NCBI GenBank assembly: GCA_964016885.1
Contig: OZ024744.1
Location: 35,340,001-35,404,000, forward strand
Reading direction: 5' to 3'
DNA: 64,000 nt
Origin: Eledone cirrhosa
Taxonomy: Eukaryota
Shown: positions 1 to 14,100 of the stretch, one piece after another
How positions within the stretch are numbered: position 1 is the stretch's first letter
Layout: each line of letters begins with the position of its first letter
Program-made: the position numbers and the translations under genes
The notes under the pieces: model-generated
Databases searched by the model: none
What the model was told of the DNA's origin: nothing
The model's input: only the letters and a program-made list of their open reading frames with translations

Positions 1-110
1 TGAGAACAATACGTTAACATCAGTATGAGAGGCTGGTTACAGCCAGTTTGAACAGAAAGAGGTGATAGCATTCTGGCCGGGTACAGCCAGTTTAAATACT
101 AAAGGGTTAA
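1..110. mobile_element. piggyBac-like MITE family 1, partial (cut by window start)
   Basis: Ends in GTTTAAATACTAAAGGG-TTAA; internal sequence matches the copies at 238-452 and 40489-40703. Confidence 0.7.
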
Positions 111-237
111 GCTTCAGTTATATTATTAATCAGGTAATTAATCCATCAATCAGTTGGTTAATCAACTAATTCATTAACTTTCAATGCCTTTTCTAGATAT
201 CCAAGGATTAGATGGTGGTCTTCAACTGCGTAATGGT

Positions 238-452
238 TTAACCCTTTACCATTTACATTATTCTATATATACTATAAAGGCTTTATCTCACATAATTATC
301 GCACATAATATGGAAGCTATGAGATTTTGATATTATTTATTTTGAGAACAATACCTTAACATCAGTATGAGTGGCTGGTTACAGCCGGTTTGAACAGAAA
401 GAGGTGAGAGAAATCTGGCTGGATATGACTGGTTTAAATACTAAAGGGTTAA
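238..452. mobile_element. piggyBac-like MITE family 1
   Basis: TTAA-CCCTTTA(C/G)CATTTA ... TAAATACTAAAGGG-TTAA. TTAA at both ends and CCC/GGG termini are piggyBac hallmarks; no coding capacity; 7 related copies in the window. Confidence 0.75.
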
Positions 453-461
453 TGTACATTA

Positions 462-730
462 AGGCATGTTTGATTAGTTAAGAAGTTTGTTTTGCAACCA
501 TTAAATTCCAGGTTCAATCCCACTGGATGGCATCTTGGGCAAATGTCTTGGGTCAAACGAAGCCTTAAAAGTAAAATTGAGTAGAGAGAAACTGTATGGA
601 AGCCATGTCGCATTGATTCAGCTTGAGAATTATGTTAAGGGATCACATGTCTGTGGAATACTCAACCACTCACATGTTAATTTCATAAGCTGGAAGTTCA
701 GTTGATGAACCAATTGAATGCTCATTACCA
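462..730 (+). mobile_element. degenerate tRNA-derived SINE
   Basis: B-box-like GGTTCAATCCC, then TTGGGCAAATGTCTT ... GAAACTGTATGGAAGCC; similar to 63470-63630. Its 3' part matches the reverse complement of 33735-33840 and 55020-55180. Confidence 0.5.
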
Positions 731-954
731 AAAAACAACAGTGGATCCACCTCAGTCATTACCCAATGTGTCATTCCTTTCTTTAAGACTGTATAGTGTG
801 ATTTGAGGAAGTTTTGGCTGTCATTTTTAGCAGCCAATCATCCTCATAAAGGTTCCCTTCAATTGATCTTTGGTGATCAATATTTATATAAAAGTAAATC
901 TATTTTTTAACCATTCTTCCATAATTGTCCATGAAATAATGGAATGAGCATTCA

Positions 955-2120
955 TTATCGTTGTCACCGTCGTCATCATTGTTGTTGTCACCGTCGTCAT
1001 CATCATCATTGTCACCGTCGTCATCATTGTTGTTGTCACCGTCGTCATCATCATCATTGTCACGGTCGTCATCATTGTTGTTGTCACCGTCGTCATCATC
1101 ATCATTGTCACCGTCGTCATCATTGTTGTTGTCACCGTCGTCATCATCATCATTGTCACGGTTGTCATCATTGTTGTTGTCACCGTCGTCATCATCATCA
1201 TTGTCACGGTCGTCATCATTGTTGTTGTCACCGTCGTCATCATCATCATTGTCACCGTCGTCATCATTGTTGTTGTCACCGTCATCATCATTATTGTTGT
1301 CACCGTCATCATCATCATCATCGTTGTCACCGTCATCATCATCATCATCGTTGTCACTGTCATCATCATCATCATTGTCACCGTCGTCATCATTATCGTT
1401 GTCACCGTCATCATCATCATCATCATTGTCACTGTCATCATCATCATCATTGTCACCGTCATCATCATCATCATCGTTGTCACCGTCATCATCATCATCA
1501 TCATCGTCACCATCATCATCATCATCATTGTCACCGTCGTCATCATTATCGTTGTCACCGTCATCATCATCATCATCATTGCCACCGTCATCATCATCAT
1601 CATTGTCACCGTCGTCATCATCATCATTGTCACCGTCGTCATCATCATCATTGTCACCGTCGTCATCATCATCATTGTCACCGTCATCATCATCATCATT
1701 GTCACCGTCATCATCATCATTATTGTCACTGTCATCATCACCGTCGTCATCACCATTGTCATCGTCGTCTTCATCATCGTTGTCGTCATCGTCTTCATCA
1801 TCACCATCTTTGTCATTGTCGTCGTCGACTTCATCGTCGTCAACTTTATCATTGTTGTCATTGTCCTAGTCATCTTCATCGTTGTCACCATCATCACCGT
1901 CATCTTCGTCGTAGTCATCATCGTTGTCGTCGCCATCGTCGTTGTCATATTCATATTCATCGTTGTCATCATCGTTGTCGTCCTCAGCGACATCTTTGTC
2001 GTTGTCATCATTGTTGTCGACGTCATCGTCATCGTTAACTTCATCGTTGTCATCATCATCATCGACATCTTTGCTGTTGTCATCAGCAATACCGTTGTTG
2101 TCGTCACCACCACCACCGCC
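955..2120. repeat. compound trinucleotide (CAT/CGT/TGT) repeat; left part organised as 24-bp units alternating into a 48-bp dimer
   Basis: GTCACCGTCGTCATCATTGTTGTT and GTCACCGTCGTCATCATCATCATT alternate from 963 to about 1270, then the tract decays rightwards. Confidence 0.95.
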
Positions 2121-2186
2121 ATCTTGCTCATATAATCCATAAATTAGCATGGTCTCTATAACTAGTCTTTTTCTAATTCTAGTCTC

Positions 2187-5100
2187 TTTATATTGTGTAC
2201 TGGGTACATTTTATGGTGGCACCAGCACTACCACTTTACAGAGTGTACTGGGTACATTTTATTGTGGGACCAGCACTATCACTTCACAGAGTATACTGGG
2301 TACATTTTATTGTGGCACCAGCACTACCACTTTACAGAGTGTACTGGGTACATTTTATGGTGGCACCAGCACTACCACTTTACAGAGTGTACTGGGTACA
2401 TTTTATGGTGGCACCAGCACTACCACTTTACAGAGTGTACTGGGTACATTTTATTGTGGGACCAGCACTATCACTTCACAGAGTATACTGGGTACATTTT
2501 ATTGTGGCACCAGCACTACCACTTTACAGAGTGTACTGGGTACATTTTATGGTGGCACCAGCACTACCACTTTACAGAGTGTACTGGGTACATTTTATGG
2601 TGGCACCAGCACTACCACTTTACAGAGTGTACTGGGTACATTTTATTGTGGGACCAGCACTATCACTTCACAGAGTATACTGGGTACATTTTATTGTGGC
2701 ACCAGCACTACCACTTTACAGAGTGTACTGGGTACATTTTATGGTGGCACCAGCACTACCACTTTACAGAGTGTACTGGGTACATTTTATGGTGGCACCA
2801 GCACTACCACTTTACAGAGTGTACTGGGTACATTTTATTGTGGGACCAGCACTATCACTTCACAGAGTATACTGGGTACATTTTATTGTGGCACCAGCAC
2901 TACCACTTTACAGAGTGTACTGGGTACATTTTATGGTGGCACCAGCACTACCACTTTACAGAGTGTACTGGGTACATTTTATGGTGGCACCAGCACTACC
3001 ACTTTACAGAGTGTACTGGGTACATTTTATTGTGGGACCAGCACTATCACTTCACAGAGTATACTGGGTACATTTTATTGTGGCACCAGCACTACCACTT
3101 TACAGAGTGTACTGGGTACATTTTATGGTGGCACCAGCACTACCACTTTACAGAGAGTACTGGGTACATTTTATTGTGGGACCAACACTATCACTTTACA
3201 GAGTGTACTGGGTACATTTTATTGTGGCACCAGCACTACCACTTTACAGAGTGTACTGGATACATTTTATGGTGGCACCAGCACTACCACTTTACAGAGT
3301 GTACTGGGTACATTTTATTGTGGGACCAACACTATCACTTTACAGAGTGTACTTGGTATATTTTATGGTGGCACCAGCACTACCACTTTACAGAGTGTAC
3401 AGGGTACATTTTATTGTGGGACCAGCACTATCACTTTACAGAGTGTACTGGGTATATTTTATTGTGGAACCAACACTACCACTTTACAGAGTGTACTGAA
3501 TACATTTTATGGTGGCACCAGCACTACCACTTTACAGAGTGTACTGGGTACATTTTATGGTGGCACCAGCACTACCACTTTACAGAGTATACTGGGTACA
3601 TTTTATGGTGGCACCAGCACTACCACTTTACAGAGTGTACTGGGTACATTTTATTGTGGGACCAGCACTATCACTTCACAGAGTATACTGGGTACATTTT
3701 ATTGTGGCACCAACACTACCACTTTACAGAGTGTACTGGGTACATTTTATGGTGGCACCAGCACTACCACTTTACAGAGTGTACTGGGTACATTTTATTG
3801 TGGGACCAACACTATCACTTTACAGAGTGTACTGGGTACATTTTATTGTGGCACCAGCACTACCACTTTACAGAGTGTACTGGATACATTTTATGGTGGC
3901 ACCAGCACTACCACTTTACAGAGTGTACTGGGTACATTTTATTGTGGGACCAACACTATCACTTTACAGAGTGTACTTGGTATATTTTATGGTGGCACCA
4001 GCACTACCACTTTACAGAGTGTACAGGGTACATTTTATTGTGGGACCAGCACTATCACTTTACAGAGTGTACTGGGTATATTTTATTGTGGAACCAACAC
4101 TACCACTTTACAGAGTGTACTGAATACATTTTATGGTGGCACCAGCACTACCACTTTACAGAGTGTACTGGGTACATTTTATGGTGGCACCAGCACTACC
4201 ACTTTACAGAGTATACTGGGTACATTTTATGGTGGCACCAGCACTACCACTTTACAGAGTATACTGGGTACATTTTATGGTGGCACCAGCACTACCACTT
4301 TACAGAGTATACTGGGTACATTTTATGGTGGCACCAGCACTACCACTTTACAGAGTATACTGGGTACATTTTATTGTAGCACCAGCACTACCACTTTACA
4401 GAGTGTACTGGGTATATTTTATTGTGGGACTAGCACTACCACTTTACAGAGTGTACTGGGAACATTTCATTGTAGCACCAGCACTACCACTTTACAGAGT
4501 ATACTGGGTACATTTTATGGTGGTACCAGCACTACCACTTTACAGAGTATACTGGGTACATTTTATTGTGGCACCAGCACTACCACTTTACAGAGTATAC
4601 TGGGTACATTTTATGGTGGCACCAGCACTACCACTTTACAGAGTGTACTGGGTACATTTTATGGTGGCACCAGGACTACCACTTTACAGAGTGTACTGGG
4701 TACATTTTATTGTAGCACCAGCACTACCACTTTACAGAGTGTACTGGGTATATTTTATTGTGGGACTAGCACTACCACTTTACAGAGTGTACTGGGTACA
4801 TTTTATTGTGGGACAAGCACTACCACTTAAAAGAGTGTACTGGTACATTTTATTGTGGCACCAGCACTACCACTTTACAGAGTATACTATGTATATTTTA
4901 TTGTGGGACCAGCACTACCACTTTACAAAGTGTACCGGGTACATTTTATTGTGGAACAAACACTACCACTTTACAGAGTGTACTGTATACATTTTATGGT
5001 GGCACCAGCACTACCACTTTACAGAGTGTACTGGGAACATTTCATTGTAGCACCAGCACTACCACTTTACAGAGTGTACTGGGTACATTTTATTGTGGCA

Positions 5101-8100
5101 CCAGCACTACCACTTTACAGAGTATACTGGGTACACTTTATTGTGGCACCAGCACTACCCCTTTCCAGAGTGTACTGGATACATTTTATGGTGGCTCCAG
5201 CACTACCACCTTGCACAGTGTACTGGGTATATTTTATTGTAGCACCAGCACTACCACTTTACAGAGTGTACTGGGTACATTTAATTGTAGCACCAGCACT
5301 ACCACTTTACAAAGTGTACTGGGTACATTTTATTGTGGGACCAGTATTACCACTTTACAGAGTGTACTGGATACATTTTATTGTGGCACCAGCACTACCA
5401 CTTTACAGAGTGTACTGGGTACATTATATGGTGGCACCAGCACTACCACTTTACAGAGTGTACTGGGTACATTTTATTGTGGCACCAGCACTACCACTTT
5501 ACAGAGTGTACAGGGTACATTTTAGGGTGGCACCAGCACTACCACTTTACAGAGTGTACTAGGTACATTTTATGGTGGCACCAGCACTACCACTTTACAG
5601 AGTGTACTGGGTACATTTTATGGTGTCACCAGCACTACCACTTTGCAGAGTGTAGTATGTACATTTTATTGTGGCACCAGCACTACCACTTTACAGAGTG
5701 TACTGGGTAAATTTTATTGTGGTACCAGCACTACCACTTTACAGAGTGTACTGGGTACATTTTATTGTGGCACCAGCACTACCACTTTACAGAGTGTACT
5801 ATGTACATTTTATTGTGGCACCAGCACTACCACATTGCAGAGTATACTGGGTACGTTTTATTGTGTCACCAGTACTACCACTTTACAGTGTGTACTATGT
5901 ACATTTTATTGTGGTACCAGAACTACTACTTTACAGAGTGTACTGGGTACATTGTATTGAGTCACCAGAACTACTACTTTACAGAGTGTACTGGGTACAT
6001 ATTATTGTGGAACCAGCACTACCACTTTACAGAGTGTACTGGGTATGTTTTATTGTGGCACCAGCACTACCACTTTACAGAGTGTACTATTTACATTTTA
6101 TTGTTGTACCAGAACTACTACTTTACAGCGTGTAATGGGTACATTTTATTGCGGAACCAGCACTACCGTTTTACAGAGTGTACTGGGTACATTTTATAGT
6201 GTCACCAGCACCACCACTTTACAGCGTGTAATATGTACATTTTATTGTGGCACCAGCACTATCACTTTACAGAGTGTACTGGGTACATTTTATTGTGGGT
6301 CCAGGACTACCACCTTACAGAGTGTACTGGGTACATTTTATTGTGGCACCAGCACTACCACTTTAAAGAGTATACTGGTACATTTTATTGTGGCACCGGC
6401 ACTACCACTTTACAGAGAGTACTGGGTATATTTTATTGTGGCACCAACACTACCACTTTAGAGAGTGTACTGGGTACATTTTATTGTTGCACCAGAACCA
6501 CCACTTTGAAGAGTGTACTGGGTACATTTTATTGTGGCACCAGCACTATCATTTTACAGTGTGTATTATATACATTTTATTGTGGCACCAGCACTACCAC
6601 TTTACAGAGTGTACTGGGTACATTTTATTGTGGCACCAGCACTACCACTTTACAGAGTGTACCGGGTACATTTTATTGTGGAACCAACACTACCACTTTA
6701 CAGAGTGTACTGGATACATTTTATGGTGGCACCAGCACTACCACTTTACAGAGTGTACTGGGAACATTTCATTGTAGCACCAGCACTACCACTTTACAGA
6801 GTATACTGGGTACATTTTATCGTGGCACCAGCACTAACACTTTACAGAGTATACTGGGTACTTTTTATGGTGGCACCAGCACTACCACTTTACAGAGTAT
6901 ACTGGGTACATTTTATGGTGGCACCAGCACTATCACTTTACAGAGTGTACTGGATACATTTTATGGTGGCACCAGGACTACCACTTTACAGAGTGTACTG
7001 GGTACATTTTATTGTGGCACCAGCACTAACACTTTACAGAGTGAAATGGGTACATTTTATTGTAGCACCAGCACTACCATTTTATAGAGTGTACTGGGTA
7101 CATTTTAATGTGGCACCAGCACTACCACTTTACAGAGTGTACTGGGTACATTTTATTGTGGCACCAGCACTACCACTTTACAGAGCGTACTGGGTACATT
7201 TTATTGTGGCACCAGCACTACCACTTTACAGAGTATACTGGGTACACTTTATTGTGGCACCAGCACTACCCCTTTCCAGAGTGTACTGGGTACATTTTAT
7301 GGTGGCTCCAGCACAAGCACTTTGCACAGTGTACTGGGTACATTTTATTGTAGCACCAGCACTACCACTTTACAGAGTGTACTGGGTACATTTAATTGTA
7401 GCACCAGCACTACCACTTTACAAAGTGTACTGGGTACATTTTATTGTGGCACCAGTATCACCACTTTACAGAGTGTACTGGGTACATTTTATTGTGGCAC
7501 CAGCACTACCACTTTACAGAGTGTACAGGGTACATTTTATGGTGGCACCAGCACTACCACTTTAAAGAGTGTACTGGGTACATTTTATGGTGGCACCAGC
7601 ACTACCACTTTACAGAGTTGACTTGGTACATTTTATAGTGTCACCAGCACTACCACTTTGCAGAGTGTAGTATGTACATTTTATTGTGGCACCAGCACTA
7701 CCACTTTACAGAGTGTACTGGGTACATTTTATTGTGGCACCAGCACAACCACTTTACAGAGTCTACTATGTACATTTTATTGTGGTACCAGAACTACTAC
7801 TTTACGGCATGTACTGGGTACATTTTATTGTGGCACCAGCACTACCACTTTACAGAGTGTACTATGTACATTTTATTGTGGCACCAGCACTACCACATTG
7901 CAGAGTATACTGGGTACGTTTTATTGTGTCACCAGCACTACCACTTTACAGAGTGTATTATGTACATTTTATCGTGGTACCAGAACTACTACTTTACAGA
8001 GTATACTGGGTACATTGTATTGAGTCACCAGAACTACTACTCTACAGAGTGTACTGGGTACATTTTATTGTGGGACAAGCACTACCACTTTACAGAGTAT

Positions 8101-11100
8101 ACTGGTACATTTTATTGTGGGACCAGCACTACCACTTTGCACAGTGTACTGGGTACATTTTATTGTAGCACCAGCACTACCACTTTACAGAGTGTACTGG
8201 GAACATTTAATTGTAGCACCAGCACTACCACTTTACAAAGTGTACTGGGTACATTTTATTGTGGCACCAGTATTACCACTTTACAGAGTGTACTGGGTAC
8301 ATTTTATGGTGGCACCAGCACTACCACTTTACAGAGTGTACTGGGTACATTTTATGGTGGCACCAGCACTACCACTTTACAGAGTGTACTGGGTACATTT
8401 TATTGTGGCACCAACACTACCACTTTACAGAGTGTACAGGGTACATTTTATGGTGGCACCAGCACTACCACTTTACAGAGTGTACTGGGTACATTTTATT
8501 GTGGCACCAGCACTATCACTTTACAGTGTGTATTATATACATTTTATTGTGGCACCAGCACTACCACTTTACAGAGTGTACTGGGTACATTTTATTGTGG
8601 CACCAGCACTACCACTTTACAGAGTGTACTGGCTCCATTTTATTGTGGCACCAGCACTACCACTTTACAGAGTGTACTATGTACATTTTATTGTGGCACC
8701 AGCACTACCAAATTGCAGAGTATACTGGGTACGTTTTATTGTGTCACCAGCACTACCACTTTACAGAGTGTACTATGTACATTTTATTGTGGTACCAGAA
8801 CTACTACTTTACAGAGTGTACTGGGTACATCGTATTGAGTCACCAGAACTACTACTTTACAGAGTGTACTGGGTACATTTTATTGTGGAACCAGCACTAC
8901 CACATTACAGAGTGTACTGGGTACGTTTTATTGTGGCACCAGCACTACCACTTTACAGAGTGTACTATGTACATTTTATTGTGGTACCAGAACTACTACT
9001 TTACAGCGTGTACTGCGTACATTTTATTGCGGCACCAGCACTACCATTTTACAGAGTGTACTGGGTATATTTTATTGTGTCACCAGCACCACCACTTTAC
9101 AGCGTGTAATATGTACATTTTATTGGGGCACCAGCACTACCACTTTACAGAGTGTACTGGGTACATTTTATTGTGGGTCCAGGACTACCACCTTACAGAG
9201 TGTACTGGGTACATTTTATTGTGACACCAGCACTACCACTTTACAGAGTATACTGGTACATTTTATTGTGGCACCGGCACTACCACTTTACAGAGAGTAC
9301 TGGGTATATTTTATTGTGGCACCAACACTACCAATTTAGAGAGTGTACTGGGTACATTTTAATATGGCACCAGAACCACCACTTTGAAGAGTGTACTGGG
9401 TACATTTTATTGGGGCACCAGCACTATCACTTTACATATTATACAGGGTACATTTTATTGTGGCACCAGCACTACCACTTTACAGAGTGTACCGGGTACA
9501 TTTTATTGTGGAACCAACACTACCACTTTACAGAGTGTACTGGATACATTTTATGGTGGCACCAGCACTACCACTTTACAGAGTGTACTGGGAACATTTC
9601 ATTGTAGCACCAGCACTACCACTTTACAGAGTATACTGGGTACATTTTATCGTGGCACCAGCACTAACACTTTACAGAGTATACTGGGTACTTTTTATGG
9701 TGGCACCAGCACTACCACTTTACAGAGTATACTGGGTACATTTTATGGTGGCACCAGCACTATCACTTTACAGAGTGTACTGGATACATTTTATGGTGGC
9801 ACCAGGACTACCACTTTACAGAGTGTACTGGGTACATTTTATTGTGGCACCAGCATTAACACTTTACAGAGTGAAATGGGTACATTTTATTGTAGCACCA
9901 GCACTACCATTTTATAGAGTGTACTGGGTACATTTTAATGTGGCACCAGCACTACCACTTTACAGAGTGTACTGGGTACATTTTATTGTGGCACCAGCAC
10001 TACCACTTTACAGAGCGTACTGGGTACATTTTATTGTGGCACCAGCACTACCACTTTACAGAGTATACTGGGTACACTTTATTGTGGCACCAGCACTACC
10101 CCTTTCCAGAGTGTACTGGGTACATTTTATGGTGGCTCCAGCACAAGCACTTTGCACAGTGTACTGGGTACATTTTATTGTAGCACCAGCACTACCACTT
10201 TACAGAGTGTACTGGGTACATTTAATTGTAGCACCAGCACTACCACTTTACAAAGTGTACTGGGTACATTTTATTGTGGCACCAGTATCACCACTTTACA
10301 GAGTGTACTGGGTACATTTTATTGTGGCACCAGCACTACCACTTTAAAGAGTGTACTGGGTACATTTTATGGTGGCACCAGCACTACCACTTTACAGAGT
10401 TGACTTGGTACATTTTATAGTGTCACCAGCACTACCACTTTGCAGAGTGTAGTATGTACATTTTATTGTGGCACCAGCACTACCATTTTACAGAGTGTAC
10501 TGGGTACATTTTATTGTGGCACCAGCACAACCACTTTACAGAGTCTACTATGTACATTTTATTGTGGTACCAGAACTACTACTTCACGGCATGTACTGGG
10601 TACATTTTATTGTGGCACCAGCACTACCACTTTACAGAGTGTACTATGTACATTTTATTGTGGCACCAGCACTACCACATTGCAGAGTATACTGGGTACG
10701 TTTTATTGTGTCACCAGCACTACCACTTTACAGAGTGTATTATGTACATTTTATCGTGGTACCAGAACTACTACTTTACAGAGTATACTGGGTACATTGT
10801 ATTGAGTCACCAGAACTACTACTCTACAGAGTGTACTGGGTACATTTTATTGTGGGACAAGCACTACCACTTTACAGAGTATACTGGTACATTTTATTGT
10901 GGGACCAGCACTACCACTTTGCACAGTGTACTGGGTACATTTTATTGTAGCACCAGCACTACCACTTTACAGAGTGTACTGGGAACATTTAATTGTAGCA
11001 CCAGCACTACCACTTTACAAAGTGTACTGGGTACATTTTATTGTGGCACCAGTATTACCACTTTACAGAGTGTACTGGGTACATTTTATGGTGGCACCAG

Positions 11101-14100
11101 CACTACCACTTTACAGAGTGTACTGGGTACATTTTATGGTGGCACCAGCACTACCACTTTACAGAGTGTACTGGGTACATTTTATTGTGGCACCAACACT
11201 ACCACTTTACAGAGTGTACAGGGTACATTTTATGGTGGCACCAGCACTACCACTTTACAGAGTGTACTGGGTACATTTTATTGTGGCACCAGCACTATCA
11301 CTTTACAGTGTGTATTATATACATTTTATTGTGGCACCAGCACTACCACTTTACAGAGTGTACTGGGTACATTTTATTGTGGCACCAGCACTACCACTTT
11401 ACAGAGTGTACTGGCTCCATTTTATTGTGGCACCAGCACTACCACTTTACAGAGTGTACTATGTACATTTTATTGTGGCACCAGCACTACCAAATTGCAG
11501 AGTATACTGGGTACGTTTTATTGTGTCACCAGCACTACCACTTTACAGAGTGTACTATGTACATTTTATTGTGGTACCAGAACTACTACTTTACAGAGTG
11601 TACTGGGTACATCGTATTGAGTCACCAGAACTACTACTTTACAGAGTGTACTGGGTACATTTTATTGTGGAACCAGCACTACCACATTACAGAGTGTACT
11701 GGGTACGTTTTATTGTGGCACCAGCACTACCACTTTACAGAGTGTACTATGTACATTTTATTGTGGTACCAGAACTACTACTTTACAGCGTGTACTGCGT
11801 ACATTTTATTGCGGCACCAGCACTACCATTTTACAGAGTGTACTGGGTATATTTTATTGTGTCACCAGCACCACCACTTTACAGCGTGTAATATGTACAT
11901 TTTATTGGGGCACCAGCACTACCACTTTACAGAGTGTACTGGGTACATTTTATTGTGGGTCCAGGACTACCACCTTACAGAGTGTACTGGGTACATTTTA
12001 TTGTGACACCAGCACTACCACTTTACAGAGTATACTGGTACATTTTATTGTGGCACCGGCACTACCACTTTACAGAGAGTACTGGGTATATTTTATTGTG
12101 GCACCAACACTACCAATTTAGAGAGTGTACTGGGTACATTTTAATATGGCACCAGAACCACCACTTTGAAGAGTGTACTGGGTACATTTTATTGGGGCAC
12201 CAGCACTATCACTTTACATATTATACAGGGTACATTTTATTGTGGCACCAGCACTTCCACTTTACAGAGTGTACTGGGTACATTTTATTGTGGCACCAGC
12301 ACTACCACTTTACAGAGTGTACTGGGTACATTTTATTGTGGCACCAGCACTACCACTTTACAGAGTGTACTATGTACATTTTATTGTGGCACCAGCACTA
12401 CCACATTGCAGAGTATACTTGGTACGTTTTATTGTGTCACCATCACTACCACTTTACAGAGTGTACTATGTACATTTTATTGTGGTACCAGACCTACTAC
12501 TTTACAGAGTGTACTGGGTACATTTTATTGTGGCACCAACACTACCACTTTACAGAGTGTACAGGGTACATTTTATGGTGGCACCAGCACTACCACTTTA
12601 CAGAGTGTACTGGGTACATTTTATGGTGGCACCAGCACTGCCACTTTACAGAGTTGACTGGGTACATTTTATGGTGTCACCAGCACTACCACTTTGTAGA
12701 GTGTAGTATGTACATTTTATCGTGGCACCAGCACTACCACTTTACAGAGTGTACTGGGTACATTTTATTGTGGCACCAGCACTATCACTTTACAGTGTGT
12801 ATTATATACATTTTATTGTGGCACCAGCACTACCACTTTACAGAGTGTACTGGGTACATTTTATTGTGGCACCAGCACTACCACTTTACAGAGTGTACTG
12901 GGTCCATTTTATTGTGGCACCAGCACTACCACTTTACAGAGTGTACTATGTACATTTTATTGTGGCACCAGCACTACCACTTTGCAGAATATAGTGGGAA
13001 CATACTATTGTGGCACCAGCACTACAACTTTACAGAGTGTAGTGGGTACATTTTTTTGTGACACCAGCACTACCACTTTGCAGAGTGTCCTGGGTACATT
13101 TTATTGTGGCACCAGCACTACCACTTTGCAGAGTGTACTGGGTACATTTTATTGTGGCACCAGCACTACAACTTTGCAGAGTGTACTGGTTACATTGTAT
13201 TGTGGCACCAGCACTACCACTTTGCAGAGTATACTGGGTACGTTTTATTGTGGCACCAGCACTACCACTTTGCAGAGTGTACTAGGTACATTATATTTTG
13301 GTAACAGCAATACCACCTTGCAGAGTGTACTGGGTACATTTTATTGTGGTACAAGCACTACCGCTTTACAGAGTGTACTGGGTACATTTTATTTTGGCAC
13401 CAGCACTACCACTTTACAGAGTGTACTGGGTACATTTTATTATGGCACCAGCACTACCACTTTATAGAATATACTGTGTACATTTTATTGTGGCACCAGC
13501 ACCACTACTTTGCAGAGTGTACTGGATACATTTTATTATGGCACCAGCACTACCACTTTGCAGAGTATACTGTGTATATTTTATTGTGGCACCAGCACTA
13601 TCACTTTGCTAAATGTACTGGCTATATTTTATTATGGCACCAGCACTACTAGTTTACAGATTATACTGGGTACATTTTATTGTGGCACCAGCACTACCAC
13701 TTTACAGAGTGTACTGGGTACATTTTATGGTGGCACCAACACTAGCACTTTACAGAGTATTATGGGTACATTTTATTGTGGCACCAGCACTACCTCTTTA
13801 CAGAGTGTACTGTGTACATTTTATTGTGGTACCAGCACTACCACTTTACAGCATGTACTGGGTACATTTTATTATGGCACCAGCACTACCACTTTGCAGA
13901 GTGTACTAGGTAAATGTTATTGTGGCACCAGCACTACCATTTTGCAGACTGTACTGGGTAAATTTTATTATGGCACAAGCACTACCACTTTACAGAGTGT
14001 ACTGGGTACATTTTATTGTGGAGCCAGCACTACCACTTTGCAGAGTGTACTAGGTACATTTTATTGTGGCACCAGCAATACCTCTTTACAGATTATACTG

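Noticed and set aside
884-2150. Met/Thr-, His/Cys-, Ser- and Asp-rich ORFs
   Set aside because: They are alternative readings of a trinucleotide tract, with no splice or domain evidence.
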